Source: Podospora anserina (Eukaryota). Taken from it: a stretch of DNA of 64,000 nt. Every line of letters starts with the position of its first letter. Position 1 is the first letter of the stretch. The stretch is taken from NCBI GenBank assembly GCA_017654855.1, contig CM030332.1, positions 7,130,001-7,194,000 on the forward strand, given 5' to 3'. A program made the position numbers and the translations under genes. Of this stretch, positions 12,797 through 26,392 are shown in pieces. The notes under the pieces were generated by a model, which saw nothing but the letters and a program-made list of their open reading frames with translations, ran no database searches and was not told where the DNA came from.

Positions 12797-15700
12797 ATGG
12801 CGCCAACGACCTCGCTGAAAAGAGCCGCCCCAGATGATGCCGGCGACTACAGCTTCCTACGACGAAGAGGGGGAGATGGGCCACGGGCTTATCACGATGA
12901 TGACACTACCGCGAACGAATCAGCAAGTACATTCCAACCGGGTGCAATTGTGCGAGTGAAATTACGCAACTTCGTTACCTATTCCGAAGCCCAATTCTCT
13001 CTCGGACCTAATCTGAATATGGTTATTGGGCCAAACGGCACAGGGAAAAGTTCGCTGGTCTGTGCCATTTGCTTGGGACTTGGTTATCCACCGAACGTAC
13101 TGGGGAGGGCGAGTACTTTTGGCGACTTCGTCAAGCACGGCAACGATGAGGCGGAACTCGAGGTTGAGCTACAGCGGAAGCCTGAAGATGCCGAGAACTA
13201 CGTCATTGGACTTGTCATCAGGCGCGAGGATAATAGTCGGAAGTTCACTATCAACGGAAGCCGTTCCACCCTCAAGGATGTTCAGAAGCTTATGCGGAGC
13301 CTTCGTATCCAGATCGACAACCTATGTCAGTTCCTACCACAGGACAAGGTGGCGGAGTTTGCTGGGTTGACTCCGGTAGAGCTGTTGGAGAAGACTCTGC
13401 ATGCCGCCGCGCCACAGGACATGATTGTGTGGCAGCAGGAATTGAAACAGGGATTCAAGGAGCAAAAGGAAGTGCAATCCATCACGGACAAGACTCGCGA
13501 GGACGTCAAGAGGATGGAGGACAAACAGCGGCTTCTGCAGGCGGATGTCGACAAACTTCGCGAGAGAAAGGCTATCCAGGAAGCGCTGATCAAACTGAAG
13601 CAACTTCGACTGATCGCTCAATATCAGGAGGCCAGGGAACACTTTAACGAAGCCAGAATGCGTAAGAAAGAGTCACAGCGCGCCTATAAGAGGCTCGAAA
13701 GAAGCGTCGCGCCTGCCCTCGAAGCCGTCAATAGAAAGCAGGATTATTCTCGCAAAGTTAGAGGCATCGTAACTCTTCGGCGACGAGAACTGGAGCAGGC
13801 TGTAGCCGAGGCCGACAAAGCGCTGGGTCCGGTGGAATCAGCAAGTGGGAGAATGACGCAGATCGAAAACGCGATTCGGACGGAGGAAGACAATTTCAAG
13901 GACAAGAGGAAGCGGATGGGTGCTTTGAGGAAGGAGATCACCGATCTGAAGGCAAAGTACGCACAAAAGCCCAAGGAATTCAAGGCTGGTGAATGGAACC
14001 TCCAGATTGTGGGTAGTTTGAGCAGTTATGTACACTCGAAAGGTTTGTGTCGCTGACAGTTTTGACAGCGAGAGCTAGACCACCAGAAGCGCGAGAAGCA
14101 GCAGAAGGCCTTGGATCTTGTCCCAGAACGTGACGCTATCAAGACGGAGGGATATGGTTTGAGGCAACAGAAGATGGCATTGGTGCAGGAACTGGAGGCC
14201 CTGGACTCGCAAGAGGGCCAACTTCTCAACCAGCTCAAGAACATGAACCCTGATGCAGCAGCGGGCTGGGCCTGGCTCAAAGACAACCAAGGAGGGTTCG
14301 AAAAGGAAGTCTTTGGGCCTCCCATGCTAACGTGCTCCGTTAAAGACAAGCGCTACAAGGACTTGGTCCAGTCCATGCTCCAGGGATCTGATTTCTTTTG
14401 TTTCACGACTCAGACCAGGGCGGACCACAAAAAGCTGAGCGACCAGCTGTATGGGACTTTGGGCCTTTCCGTTACTGTTCGGACTTGCTTTAGCTCATTG
14501 GATTCCTTCAAGCCACCTATGCCTAAGGAGCAGCTTTCACGGTATGGCTTCGATGGCTATGTTCTCGATTTCCTCGACGGACCCGCTCCCGTGCTGGCCA
14601 TGCTTTGCGCAGAGAAAAGACTACATCAGTCTGCCCTTAGCTTGAACGAGATTTCCGATGACCAGTTCGAGCAAATCCAAAAGGACGAGCTCATCAACTA
14701 CTTTTCTGCTGGTCGCAAGTTTTATCGTATCATGCGCCGGAGAGAGTATGGGCCGGGGGCGGTCTCTACGCGCGTCACTGGGTTCAGCGAGGGCCGGTTC
14801 TGGACAGACCAGCCGGTTGACGGTTCTGAAAAGCTCGAAATCAGACGCAAGATCGAGGAGATCGATGGCAAGACTGATGAGTTGCTGACAAAGTTGAAAG
14901 AAGTGGCCGAGAAGCACAAAACACTCACAGCGGAGATCAAGGAACTTGAGGAGAAGAAGGTATGTATCTTTTCCTGTCGCATACCTGGATATAACTAACC
15001 AACTATCAGAGCGGTTTAATGGCGCAGAAGAACCAATTGCAAGCCGAGTTTACGCAGTGGAACGGCCTGCCGGACAAGATAGGTATGACAGACCCCTGGC
15101 AGTGGACCCGATTGTGGTGTATTAACAGAGCTGCTCCCAGATGCCAAAGAAAAGGTCCAAGAACGCACCCAGAAGGAGCTTGACGAGGCCAAAGCTCGCA
15201 GGGTGGATCTTATGAGGCAACTCGACGATGCCACCGTGGACATGTCCAAGGCCGTCATCAAACACTTCGAAACGCTTGGTGCTATCCGTAAAACGCGACA
15301 AAAACTCCTCGAAGCCCAAGTCTGGGAGCTGGAGGCCGAATCGGATGTCAAGTGCCTCAAAGATAAGAACGCCGAGATCACAGCCAGACTAGAAGACGAG
15401 AAAGCAAAGGTGGAACAGGCTAAGAAGGATGTCGAGGAGTTTAGACAAACTGCCGGAGAAGCTCAAGACAAGGTCAGCGAGTTCTTGAACGATGAGAACA
15501 GGGTGGCCCTTCTGGCAGCTGCTCGGGACAGGACAGTGGCCGAGTTTGAGGGATCAATCACGGCAGAGCAGGCGAAGCTCGAGATGATCGAAGCGGGTAA
15601 CCCCCAGGCGCTGGAAGAGTACGAGCTTTACGCCCAAAAGATCGAACAGATTCGCCATGCTGCGGAAAACCAGGAGACAAGGCTGGCCCAGCTCAACGCC

Positions 15701-16252
15701 GGAATCGAGGAGATCCAGAGCCAATGGGAGCCCCGCCTGGACGAGCTCGTCGGACAGATTAATGATGCTTTTAGCTATAACTTTGAGCAAATCAGCTGTG
15801 CCGGCGAAGTTGGTGTCCACAAAGACGCGGATTTTGACAAGTGGGCTATCGATATCAAGGTCAGATTCCGTCAGGGGGAGACACTTCAGCGGCTCGACCA
15901 GCACAGACAGTCTGGTGGTGAGCGTGCCGTGTCAACCATTTTCTACCTGATGGCCTTGCAGGCTCTGGCTCAGGCGCCATTCCGGGTGGTGGACGAGATC
16001 AACCAGGGTATGGACCCGCGCAACGAGCGTATGGTCCACGAGAGGATGGTGGAGGTTGCGTGCCGAGAGCATACAAGTCAGTATTTCCTCATCACACCCA
16101 AGCTGTTGTCGGGGCTCCGGTACGATCCTAGGATGATGGTTCATGTCATTGTCAGTGGAGAGCGGGTGGATGAGACGAGCACGACGAAGATGAACTTCGG
16201 CAAGTTTGCACAGATACAGAAGAGGCTGAAGGCACAGGCGGGGAGGTTGTGA
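12797..16252 (+). CDS. SMC5: Structural maintenance of chromosomes protein 5 (1095 aa; exons 12797-14008, 14069-14959, 15010-15082, 15141-16252)
   Basis: Walker A GPNGTGKSS, IQIDNLCQFLPQDKVAEF, long coiled coils, signature QSGGERAVST, Walker B FRVVDEINQGMD, QYFLITPKLL; three GT..AG introns. Confidence 0.96.
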
Positions 16253-17502
16253 TGATACCATATGCTGAGGAAATGGGGGCCGGGGACTTCAGTTGCAAGC
16301 GTTGCTTTAGGGCATGACGATATTCACATCATGTCGACAGCCAGTTGGAAAGAATGGAAATCTAGCTGTTTGATGATGTCGTGCCCCAGCCACATAGTGG
16401 GCATACAATTAGAACATGGAAATGTTTACCTAACACGCTTGCTTTTGCTCAAGCTATTCGTTCATTGCATGGATCTGTCAGGGAACCGATATTGCCAGAT
16501 TTCTATGAAACCCCTTCGCACGTGAAGACCCTGGGGGTTCCCTGTGATATCATTGCCCAGCCGCAAACAACAATTGCTTGATGTCCCACCAGAAGACCCT
16601 GAAAATCCAGCCGATGGAACCCGCCAAGGTGAACTGACACTGACAGAAGCAGGCAGCGCCAAGAGCGGACGGGAAGGGCACAGACCACTTGAGAGACGAA
16701 ATGTCAATGACGTCAATATCCACTTTGGGGAGACAGGCCACGCGCGTGGTGCGCAAGTGTTCGCCTTTGAGGACTGTCGAATCAGAATGCAGATCAAGCC
16801 ACAGTTCGGGAGGTGGCCGGTACGAAAGGTGGTACTCTTGCGGGCTGTTGTACATAATTGAAAGAGAGGTGAAGTCATTGCGAAGAGGGATGGGCATGGA
16901 GACGAGGAGCCGTATCTTCCGAATGTCTTGTACGGGCAGGAAGTCATGATACATCGGGCATTTGATGATTCGATTTCGAGATGGCTGGCAAGCAGCGCAC
17001 CTTCACCTGCCATGATTGAGCTCAAATTCAAGCTGTTGGCTGGCCAGCAACTCCAAGTTAGAAGGGTAGCTGGAATGCAGAACCCAACGGCGCGTCATTC
17101 TCAAACAAATCCCCCATCCCAAAAAAGAGAAAAATGCCATCTGATGGCTTTCCATTTTCGCAAACTGATTGATCGACGACAGGGGTGTGTTAGTGGTCGG
17201 CCGGGTAGAACACAAAAAAGCAGACAATGCCAAGTGACGTCACATTCGGCCAGAGACGACCACCAGACAGACCAGTTGACCAGTGACGATGACGGGGGGC
17301 GCCAGTTCAGCCAGCCCAGCCGGCAGGAGCAAACAGAACAGGACAGGAACAGGTTATTGACGGAGACGTATGTGGTAGTGGCTGCTAGAAAACTGTGTTC
17401 AAAGAAAAGGAACCAAGTCGTGGGGAAAGTTTGGTATATTATCCTCCCATCCCACCACCAGAGTTGATTCCGTTTTTTTCTTTCTTTCATCAGCATCAAC
17501 AA

Positions 17503-17540
17503 ACACAACACAACACAACACAACACAACACAACAACACA
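17503..17540. repeat. (ACACA/CAACA)n pentanucleotide microsatellite; an (AAACC)n-like run follows at about 17613-17641
   Basis: Read directly; lies in the A/C-rich leader of the small gene at 17649. Confidence 0.9.
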
Positions 17541-17648
17541 CAAATACAAAGTATTTGCTTGCTACTTCAAATAAACCACCACCACTTTACCACAAACAAA
17601 CAATCACAAATCAAACCAAACTAAACCAAACCAAACCAACCAGTCAAA

Positions 17649-17967
17649 ATGGGCGCCGTCGTCTCTTGCGTATGTCCCCTCCACCACCACCACCACCACC
17701 ATCTTTCATCACTAGCGACTGATAACTAACCGATTGAAACAGATCCAGAGTGCTCTCCGCACCATCGGCCGCACAATCATGGCCATCATCAACGGCATCG
17801 GCAACATCATCATGGCCATCGTCAACGGCATCATCAACTTCCTCGGCATCATCGTCGGCTTCCTCACCTGCAACACCTGCGGCGGTCGCCGTCGCCACGG
17901 TGGCACCACCACCCGCAAGAGCAGAGGGTTTGGGAGGAGGAGACACGGGACTACTGCTGCCATTTAA
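17649..17967 (+). CDS. Small 81-aa protein MGAVVSC-IQSALRTIGRTIMAIINGIGNIIMAIVNGIINFLGIIVGFLTCNTCGGRRRHGG... (exons 17649-17669, 17743-17967)
   Basis: CAAAATG start context; GTATGT..CTAAC..CAG intron 17670-17742; strong C-ending codon bias; MGxxxS myristoylation-like start. Confidence 0.85.
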
Positions 17968-18652
17968 GTTCCATCAACACAGCCACAGCTCATGATTGAT
18001 GGGAAAGGGGAAGATTTCTTTTGTTATCGATGAATGGGATATGAACTGGTGTTTTTTCTCTTTTGCAAGCGACCGAGTGGAGGATAATGAATAAAGATAC
18101 CCAAATACCCAGACTGCGTTTCTTACGCGGGAGCAGTCAGGAGGGGAGGCGAGGAGAAGGGGAGGAGGAAGGGCATTGCGTTTTGATGGGGGTTACCTAC
18201 TAGATAAATACATCTTTCATACGGCATACTCTTGGAATGATTTTTGTGTTTGTGTTACTGGATATGTTGAATGTCAAACCGACAACCAAATCACATTGTT
18301 TGGCGACTATAGTGTTCAGTTCTTAAATATGGAAGAGCTGAACATTATACACAAGAGCAACTTCTCAACCTACTTCCTAATGCGATTCGTGGGAGGGATT
18401 GGCGCAAAGTGGTAACTGGGGGTGGGGGGGCCTCAGAAGCTGCTGCTCTTCAGGTCACCCCGAGGGTAAGCCCCCTCTGGCTGGAAAGCGAATGACGCAG
18501 AGGCGCCGGGAAAGGCGCACAGGTTCAAGCCACATATGAGCAAGTTACATGGCCAACAAACATTTTTTTTATTTTTATTTTTTTATTTTTTTATGCATCT
18601 ACCTCCCACCTCATACCACATATCGACACATCTACACCCTCCTCTCAGTCAC

Positions 18653-21543
18653 TTAACTATCCTCCAACAAATCCCTCCCAAAGAACCTCTCTATCTGCCT
18701 GCCCGCCTCCTTCCCAACAAGCGCACTCAGCTCCTCAACCGTCGCGTTCGCAACCTCCTTTATATTCTCCATCTTGGCCGTAATATTCCCAATATTCTTC
18801 GGCGTGACCCCGGGCACAGCGGCCAGCATCTCCCCCGGCTCCGGGTTGAAAGCCGCCCCTTGCCCCTGCTGGCTCCCCTCGACATCATCCCCGTCATTCA
18901 ACCCTGCCCTGACCGCGGCAATCGGATCAGGCTCCTTCTCTTGACTCTTTAGCCGTTCGAAAATCTCTGCTGTTTCGTACGGGCTTGAGCTCCAGATGAT
19001 TCTTAGCTTGGGGAAGGCCAACGTCAACAACACAATCTTGGACTGGAGGTCCTTCTCGCCTGCGTTGGCCGAGTTGAGGGAGGAGATGCTTCCTGACAGG
19101 TCGGCGAATGGTTCGAGGGTGAAGGATTTGTTTTGGTCGAATTCGATGAGCAGCATAGGGTTTTGGTAGTGTTGGAACATGGTCTCGCATTGCGAGTAGA
19201 GCCTTCCGTTGGAGAAGGAGGAGATGAGATCCGAGACGGATTTTCGTTCTATGCAGATGTTGGGGGAGAGGATGTAATCTCCTACTGTCAACATGCACGG
19301 CACGATGACCATCGACCGGCCGTGGAGGAGGGACGGCAAAGAAGAGCGGAATTCACGAACGTCGACCACCACTCGGGGCGGCTCAGCGGTGGCGGTGGAG
19401 AGCTTCCCGCCGCCGGCGATGCGGGTGTTGATTGTGCGGAGGAAGGCTTCTTGGGGGTCTTCGGTGGAGGAGTCGACTGTCATTACCAGGGACATGGAGG
19501 CGCGCTCTTTGATGAGTTTGGTGAAGTTGTCTTTCTCTCGGCGGACGGTGGAGAGGTAGCGTTGTTCTTCGACCGAGCCGCCGTAGTAGAGGAAGTAGAC
19601 CCTGACATTTCGATCGTTGTGGCTGGAGCGGTAGACTTCCACTCGGCGGATGAAGGAGGCGTCGGGTTCGTACATGATGATGTACTTGGGTTTGACTTCT
19701 TCGAGCACGTGCTCGTCCTGATCGCCGTCGTAGGCGTGGATGACGACGAGATCTTGCATGTCATAGAGCTGATAGTAGTCGTCCATGTCTTCCAACGGGT
19801 CAGCCATGACGAGGTCATCTTTCTGGTTGGCTTCCGCTTCGGTAATGTCAATCTGCCCCATCAACTCGGCGACCTCATTAGGCTTCTCAAAGTACTGCGG
19901 GATGCTGCCATTCTCTAGACGGCTCGAGCCAGAGCCTACCGCTCCACCACCGCGGACCCGACGTCTCTTGTTAGATGGTGCCCGGCTTTTGGACTGCGCA
20001 AGACGGGGGTCAACGGCACCACTAAGCGCCTTTTGATTCTCCGCGAACAGTGTGGCGCTGACCTGAGCAAACTCCCTCTTCCACTTGAGATAGTTGCGCA
20101 GCTTCTTGCGCATCATGTAGGCGGCTGAAGGCTTGTCCTCTTCTGGATCGTAGACCTCCTCAATGCGCTTCTCAGTCCTCGGCTTGACGTGCATGGTCTG
20201 AAGATAGTCGCGGAGCTGGCGGCATGTGTTCGTGTCCGAGCACATGATTAGAATGGTGCCGTTGGAATCGTCACGGGCTTGCTGCTCAAAGAAAAGGTCA
20301 CGGTCTATCTCTTCTAGCACATCGGCCAATACTGACCACTTTGGCTGTTCTTCGAGTACAGGTTGCAGAGAATCGATGCTGGAGTCTGCCTTCGCTTTCT
20401 GGGTGCTGGCATAAACCCTCTTCTTGGCAGTGTCAAAGATGGTCTGGGCTGCATCGAGAAAGAGCCACGGAGACTGGGTCTGTCTTGTCGATCCAGGGGG
20501 TGGCGAGTGAGCAGCATGAATGGTATCGAGTTGCTGAAGAAAAGAGACCGCATCGAGGGCCAAGACTGAGTGCAGCATACCCCTGAGTACAGTCAAATCG
20601 CCCACAATCTGCTTTGTTTTCCAGCTGACCCGGTGCCAATTAGGATCGAGCTGTCTGCGGATAAGAACATCAAAGTTCTTGAGAAGAGCGCTGTCGAGGT
20701 TCCAGTCTTCCATCTCAAGCCCCGTGTTGCCCTTCTTCAGCTCATGAATACTGACTTCGACACATTCCATGATGGCCACCTGAATCTCACGCATTGCGTT
20801 GGTCATTGGCACCTCCAACTCGATGACCTCGGCTTTCTTCTTCCCCTCGAGTGCCTGCGCGACGTGGACATGAAATCGTGGCCACAAAGATGCTTTTCGT
20901 AAAAACAAGTTCCTCATCATGGTAGCCAAGGGCGAAAAGCCGGCCGTGAACGGGTCTGGGTTGTCGGAGAACGCCTTTAGAAAGCCGACCTTGTTCTTTT
21001 GGCGGTATATCCTGATGATGAAGGCCTCTAACGAAGTTGCAACAGCCTTGTCGGCGTGAAGAACGAGCATGCCGGTGATGGTTTCCGGATTAAGGAGACC
21101 GGTCAACATATCGACGACCAAGATACGTGATGTGACGCTGAAAATACCACCACCAGCATACATCTTCTCTCGAGCACCCACGCTCGTGTAGTCGGTGTTG
21201 ACCACGGTGAGGCCCCTGGCCTTTGGTGACATACTGATGGCGGCATGCTCGGCGAGCGCTTCACCGATCCAGGCATTTTCCCTGTCTTCGGCATTGACGA
21301 TGACAATCAGGTTGTTGCCTGCGGCATCATAGGAGTGAAGGAGGTTCGTGATAAGGCGCATGAGGCCGAGACCTCGGGCCAGAACCACCAGTTCATCTTC
21401 TTTGCGGAGCTCCTCAAACAGCTTCTGCTGGTATACCTAACACATGGAGATGGGAGTTAGCAAACGGCTGTGGATGCAACTCAAGAGAGACGCACTAAGG
21501 GCAGTGAGAGCTTCACAGGCTGGGGGGTGCTGGCAGAAGACAT
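18653..21543 (-). CDS. RAD1: Rad1/XPF/MEI-9 structure-specific endonuclease (943 aa; exons 21543-21496, 21436-18653)
   Basis: LVVLARGLG, VTSRILVVDML, LWPRFHV, FIRRVEVY, GGSVEEQRYL, ERCC4 nuclease core VVVDVREFRSSLP..VGDYILSPNICIERKSVSDL, C-terminal HhH; intron 21437-21495. Confidence 0.96.
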
Positions 21544-22097
21544 GCGGGGCGCCTTCACTGACTTGCTGTGTTCAGTCTGGAGTTCTTCTCACACCGCTTC
21601 AAACAACATCGTCGTGACCATAAGATGGTACCACAAGGTGAGGTGTCATGCATCAAGGGTTGTGTGGATGAGAGGAATGGTGAGTTCGATGTGGTTGGTA
21701 ACACAAAGGCAGGCACGTAACCCTGGACCGTTTGTTAGTACAGGAACCCCCCGTATCGCTCAACTGGGCACTAACTCATTAGCGGACCGCGCCCCAAAGA
21801 TGCCCACCGAAGGCCGCTCCAACCCGTGACCCTCGACGTCATTGTCCCCCAGCAAGATCCAAAGTGTGATGATACGTACCAGCTCAGGGAAATCTCCTTT
21901 AAAAGGCAAGCAAAGGCTCTCCTCCTTCTACTCGCAACTCTCCTCTTTCTTTTTCTTCATCAAGTCACACAAAAACCTAACGATTCCACGAAAGATATCA
22001 TTCTCAACCCTCAAGAACCCTCTGCCCCACCTACACACCCCTGCAACTGCAACATCACCAACTGCACGTCACCGCGCCAAACAAACAGACAATCACC

Positions 22098-22368
22098 ATG
22101 TCTGAGTCCAACAAGAAGTTCTCCATCCAGCCCGTCGATGAGCAGGAGCAAGATAAGGTAGGCAGACCGCGGTCTTCCACCATCTCGATATGGCATGGGA
22201 CTGACATTGTGTGAAAAGGGCACCTTCCAGAAGCTCAGCGAGGAGACCAAGAAGGTCCTGGAAGCTCACTCCGCCAACCCTGGACCTGTCATCAGTGATA
22301 ACTTCAATGCTCAGGAGGAGGGGACCAAGGAGGAGCGTCATGAGAAGGCAAAGGACCTCAACAACTGA
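22098..22368 (+). CDS. Small hydrophilic protein of 65-69 aa (MSESNKKFSIQPVDEQEQDK/[GTFQ]KLSEETKKVLEAHSANPGPVISDNFNAQEEGTKEERHEKAKDLNN); not present in the ORF track
   Basis: CACCATG context; donor GTAGGC at 22158; branch site CTGAC at 22201; in-frame acceptors AAG 22218 or CAG 22230; biased codon usage; stop TGA 22366-22368. Confidence 0.75.
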
Positions 22369-23415
22369 ATGGACTAGACCATCATCTTCCTAGTTTTCAT
22401 TTTTCCATGGCCGACTCTTAGACGGATCCCTGACCGGGCTGTATTACTATGCGTGTATGAGTTTTAATGACAAACCTGACGAACCTACAATAACTATGAA
22501 TTGTCCAATATGTGTGCTTATGTTTCCGTCGGAATATCGTTCCTACATGTGACCTCTTCAGATATGTATGTATAGCTGACAAGGAACTCACTCAACCAGC
22601 TTCTTGGTAACGGCCGTTCGCCGATCACTTGAAGCCGTGAGCCAACCAGCATGTGAGTTCTCAAACTACCGTTTGGCAGGTCATGTACAGAATACGGCTG
22701 GGGATCGCGCTTCAGATGCCAGAAAATACAAAAACTGATGACTTTGACCTCTTTTTTCTCAAATGCATAAAGGCGGCGCTCAAAGAGCCAAAAGAGACCT
22801 CGCCTAGGAGTCGACGAGTCGTTGGTGAGCTGTGGCGGTGTTTAATCTTACTTATCCCTGCTCCCCTCATTGTGGCTGACCCGTAGTGCCAGCCATGCCA
22901 TTCCAGAGAGGAGACCGCTGGATACCTGCAAGGGTTCCCTGAATCAGCAGCCTGGTGATGCAAGCAAACGTTTAATGAAACTCCCCAGTCAGCAGCAGCC
23001 TTTCCAGAATCATCATCACGAACCCGACGTATCCGCCCTCCGTCTTGCCATTGTTCTGAACCCTCTGGGTACCATTCCTACCAGCAAACAGCTACTGCAC
23101 CCGCACCGCACCGGGCACCTCGCTCTCCGCCGCGCACTCGCTGACGACAACGGCCCTTTTGCTGCGCACCAGGACGGTAGCGCCGAGTTTCTATGTGCCT
23201 TATCAGCGCCTCGCTGCGTCTATCAGGCTATCAGTCACCAGCCAAACCACCCACTGGACAACAACGACCGCTGCCTGCAAGATTCACAAACTGTTGATGT
23301 TGAGCCTACAGGGACAATAATTTTCTGGGCTATCTTTTCAAACTACCTCCAAGCCGAAGGCCGCACGGAATCACCGACCACCACCGCCGCCCGACCTTCC
23401 CCCTTTTCCCCCGCG

Positions 23416-25569
23416 ATGCCCTCAATCTTGAATGACGACGACAAGGAGACCGTCAAGCGCCATGTGCCCAAGCAAACCAACAAAATCCACGCCGTTGCCA
23501 TTGCTCGCCTCTACGTAGCGTATCCCAATCGGTCGAAATGGACATACACGGGGTTACAGGGTGCTGTGGTGCTGGCGAATGACCTGGTCGGCAACACGTA
23601 CTGGTTGAAGATGGTGGACATCTCGGTAGGCAATTCTTGGGACTTGTGGCACAATGGTATTGCTGGTACACCTTGCTAACGGCTGGACAGCCCGGAAACC
23701 GAGGTGTCATTTGGGACCAAGAGCTATTCGACACATGGAGTTACAACCAAGACCGTGTCTTTTTTCATACGTTTGAGTTGGAAGAGTGTTTGGCGGGGCT
23801 GTCCTTTGTGGACGAGAAGGAGGCCAAACAGTTCTTGAAGAAGATGAATGACCGGGAGAAGAACGCGAGCAAGGCCACGCTGAAGACACCGTTTGGAGGC
23901 TCGGCGCAAGCTGCCCCGCACAAGCATCACCATGGTCTGCTTGGGGGTCTCTTCGGTCACCGTCACTCGTCCGCTCCCACTCCGCCCGAATCGCCACGTG
24001 CCCCTGCCGCTTCGACGCGAGATAACAGATCCGGGAGCGTCAACGGGTACAATGCGCCGCCTGTTTTGGCACCGGCCCCCTCTGCCTTTGCCACCCTGGA
24101 CGCCTTCGACCCGCTATGGAGAGAACATTTCGGAGACGATTTGAAGGCACAGGGTCTTACCGACGACTTTATCCAGGACAACCAGGACTTCATCATTGAT
24201 TTCCTCAAGGAACAGCAGGCAAGCCAGGCCAGTCAACCAGTCTCGGCACCCCCTCCCCCACCACCTCCAGTCAATGGATCAGGGGCAGGACTGAGGGCGC
24301 CTCCTCCGCCACCTCCTCCGGCAGGGCGCCCGGAGGCCCCCTCGGCACCACCAGCGCCCCCGGCCCCGAGAAGAGGAGCAGCGCCACCTCCCCCGCCGGC
24401 TCCGAGAAGGTCAGCCAATAAACTGGATGCGCCAGCCGAGCGCGAGCCAACACCACCGCGAGAAGACACCCCCCCTCTTCCCTCCCGACCAAAATTCGCT
24501 GTTCCCCCGCCTATCGCGGACGCTGGCAAGTTTGCGCGTATCGAGCCGGTTCGATCTGTGCCGGCACCTCCAGCTCCCGGACCCCCACCGCCGCCTCGGC
24601 CACCAAAGACACCGATCGAAGATGGCGAACCATCACACCGACATGCCGTCCCTCCACCCTTTGCTGGACAGCGGAGCGTTCCTCCTCCTCCCCCGAGTCG
24701 CGGCACTGTGCCTCCCGCTCCACCGTCGAGAAATGCGGCACCAGTGCACGCCCCGCCTCCACCTCTGCCTCCCAAGGCCCCGGCTTCGAGCGCGCCTCCT
24801 CTTCCACCGATGAACTCTCGACCACCTCCTTCATTGCCGGTTAGAAGCCCAGCTCCCCCTCTGCCATCATCCAATGCGCCTCCTCCACCACCGCTTCCAG
24901 CTTCGAATGCGCCCCCGCCTCCTCCTCTACCTTCCTCACACGCACCTCCCCCTCCACCCTTGCCTTCGTCACACGCACCCCCTCCCCCTCCTCTTCCGGC
25001 ATCCAGCGCACCCCCGGCACCACCACTCCCCCCATCGGGCGGTGCTCCTCCCCCACCACCACCTCCCCCTCCCCCTCCAGGACCAGGAATGGGCGGTATT
25101 CCCCCCCCTCCTCCCCTCCGCCTCCTCCAGCAGGAGGCATCCCCCCTCCTCCTCCTCCTCCTCCCCCAACCGAGACTCGGGGTACTCGTCCAGCGTGCCC
25201 GCCGCACCCGCCCTTTCCTCTGGCGATCCAGGACGTGGCGCCTTGTTGGATGGTATTCGTGGTGCTGGCGGTATTAAGGCACTCAAAAAAGTGGATCGGA
25301 GCCAGATTCGGGATCGATCTGGAGCCCAAGTTCCCGGGAATGATACGGGCCCTCATGGGAGTGGTCTTCCGCCTGCGGGAGTCGGGGCTGCTGCTGCTGG
25401 GGTTGCGGCAGGTGGTGGGATGGCTGATGCTTTGGCGCTAGCGTTGGAAAAGAGGAAGAACAAAGTTAGCAAGAGTGGTAAGTTTCCCTTGATCATGAAA
25501 TGTTTATGTTTCGGGCGGTTGCTGACCATGTGAGTAGATGATGAGGATGACGGGGATGACTGGGATTAA
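23416..25569 (+). CDS. LAS17: WASP/Las17/Wsp1 actin nucleation-promoting factor (WH1, proline-rich, WH2, acidic); frame broken at about 25100-25170
   Basis: WH1 domain AVAIARLYVAYP..W..YNQDRVFFHTFE; polyproline tracts; WH2 GRGALLDGIRGAGGIKALKKVDR; C segment ALALALEKRK; terminal DDEDDGDDWD after intron 25478-25537; intron 23626-23690; spliced length 2029 nt is not a multiple of 3. Confidence 0.93.
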
Positions 25570-26392
25570 GTGTGAGGATTTGTGGAAGAAGAGGCTGCGT
25601 TGAGAGTTTGGTGAGAAGGGTAGTTTGACATGAAGGGAAAGAGTAGACGGAGAAGTTTGTATGGCTGGTTCAAGCGAGTTTTGTAAGGAGTAGGAGAAAG
25701 GGGTCGGGAGTTTGAGAAAGAGAGGGTACTTTGAGATGGCATCACGAGGTCCAAGGATGTTCACAAAAGCGAAGAAAAGGGAAGGGGTATGTAGAGTTAG
25801 GGGAAATAGGCAAGATAAGAAAAGAGTCATTCTGAATTCGTAGTTTGAAAAGAGCATTACATGCCACTCTTGCGAGCGCTTCGGGCATGTCTCCTTTGGC
25901 CCCCTCCCAAGCGAAATATCACTGGTACATTAAATAAGATGGACCTGAAAACGATGGTATGTTGATTCAGAACTATTTTGCCAGCCCAGGCAGTCTATTT
26001 CCCACGCTTTTGACCGATGCAAAAAAAAAAAAAAATCAACACAAAAGTGTAAGCAAAAACAACACAAGGCACAAAAAGGTTTCTTTATCATCAAATCCAT
26101 TACTCGAGAAGGATCCAGCCCATGACGTCTCTCCCATCACGGAGCCATCTCCCCTCCCACCCCTCTCCTCCGCTATCAACAACTTTTCCACACTTTGCAA
26201 CAGGACTAACACCAACTGTCGGGGACCTTGGCTTGCGTTACCAACGAACCAAGGTTTGAGAGAGAAGACAGTTTTGTGCTTCCCCGACCCTTTTGAGACC
26301 AAAAAGTAGGAAAGGGTGCGCCCCACCGCAGAGTGTGAAATGCTACGTGACGTTTGCGCTGATATCTGGCGAGATTTCTCGGCTGAGGTTTC

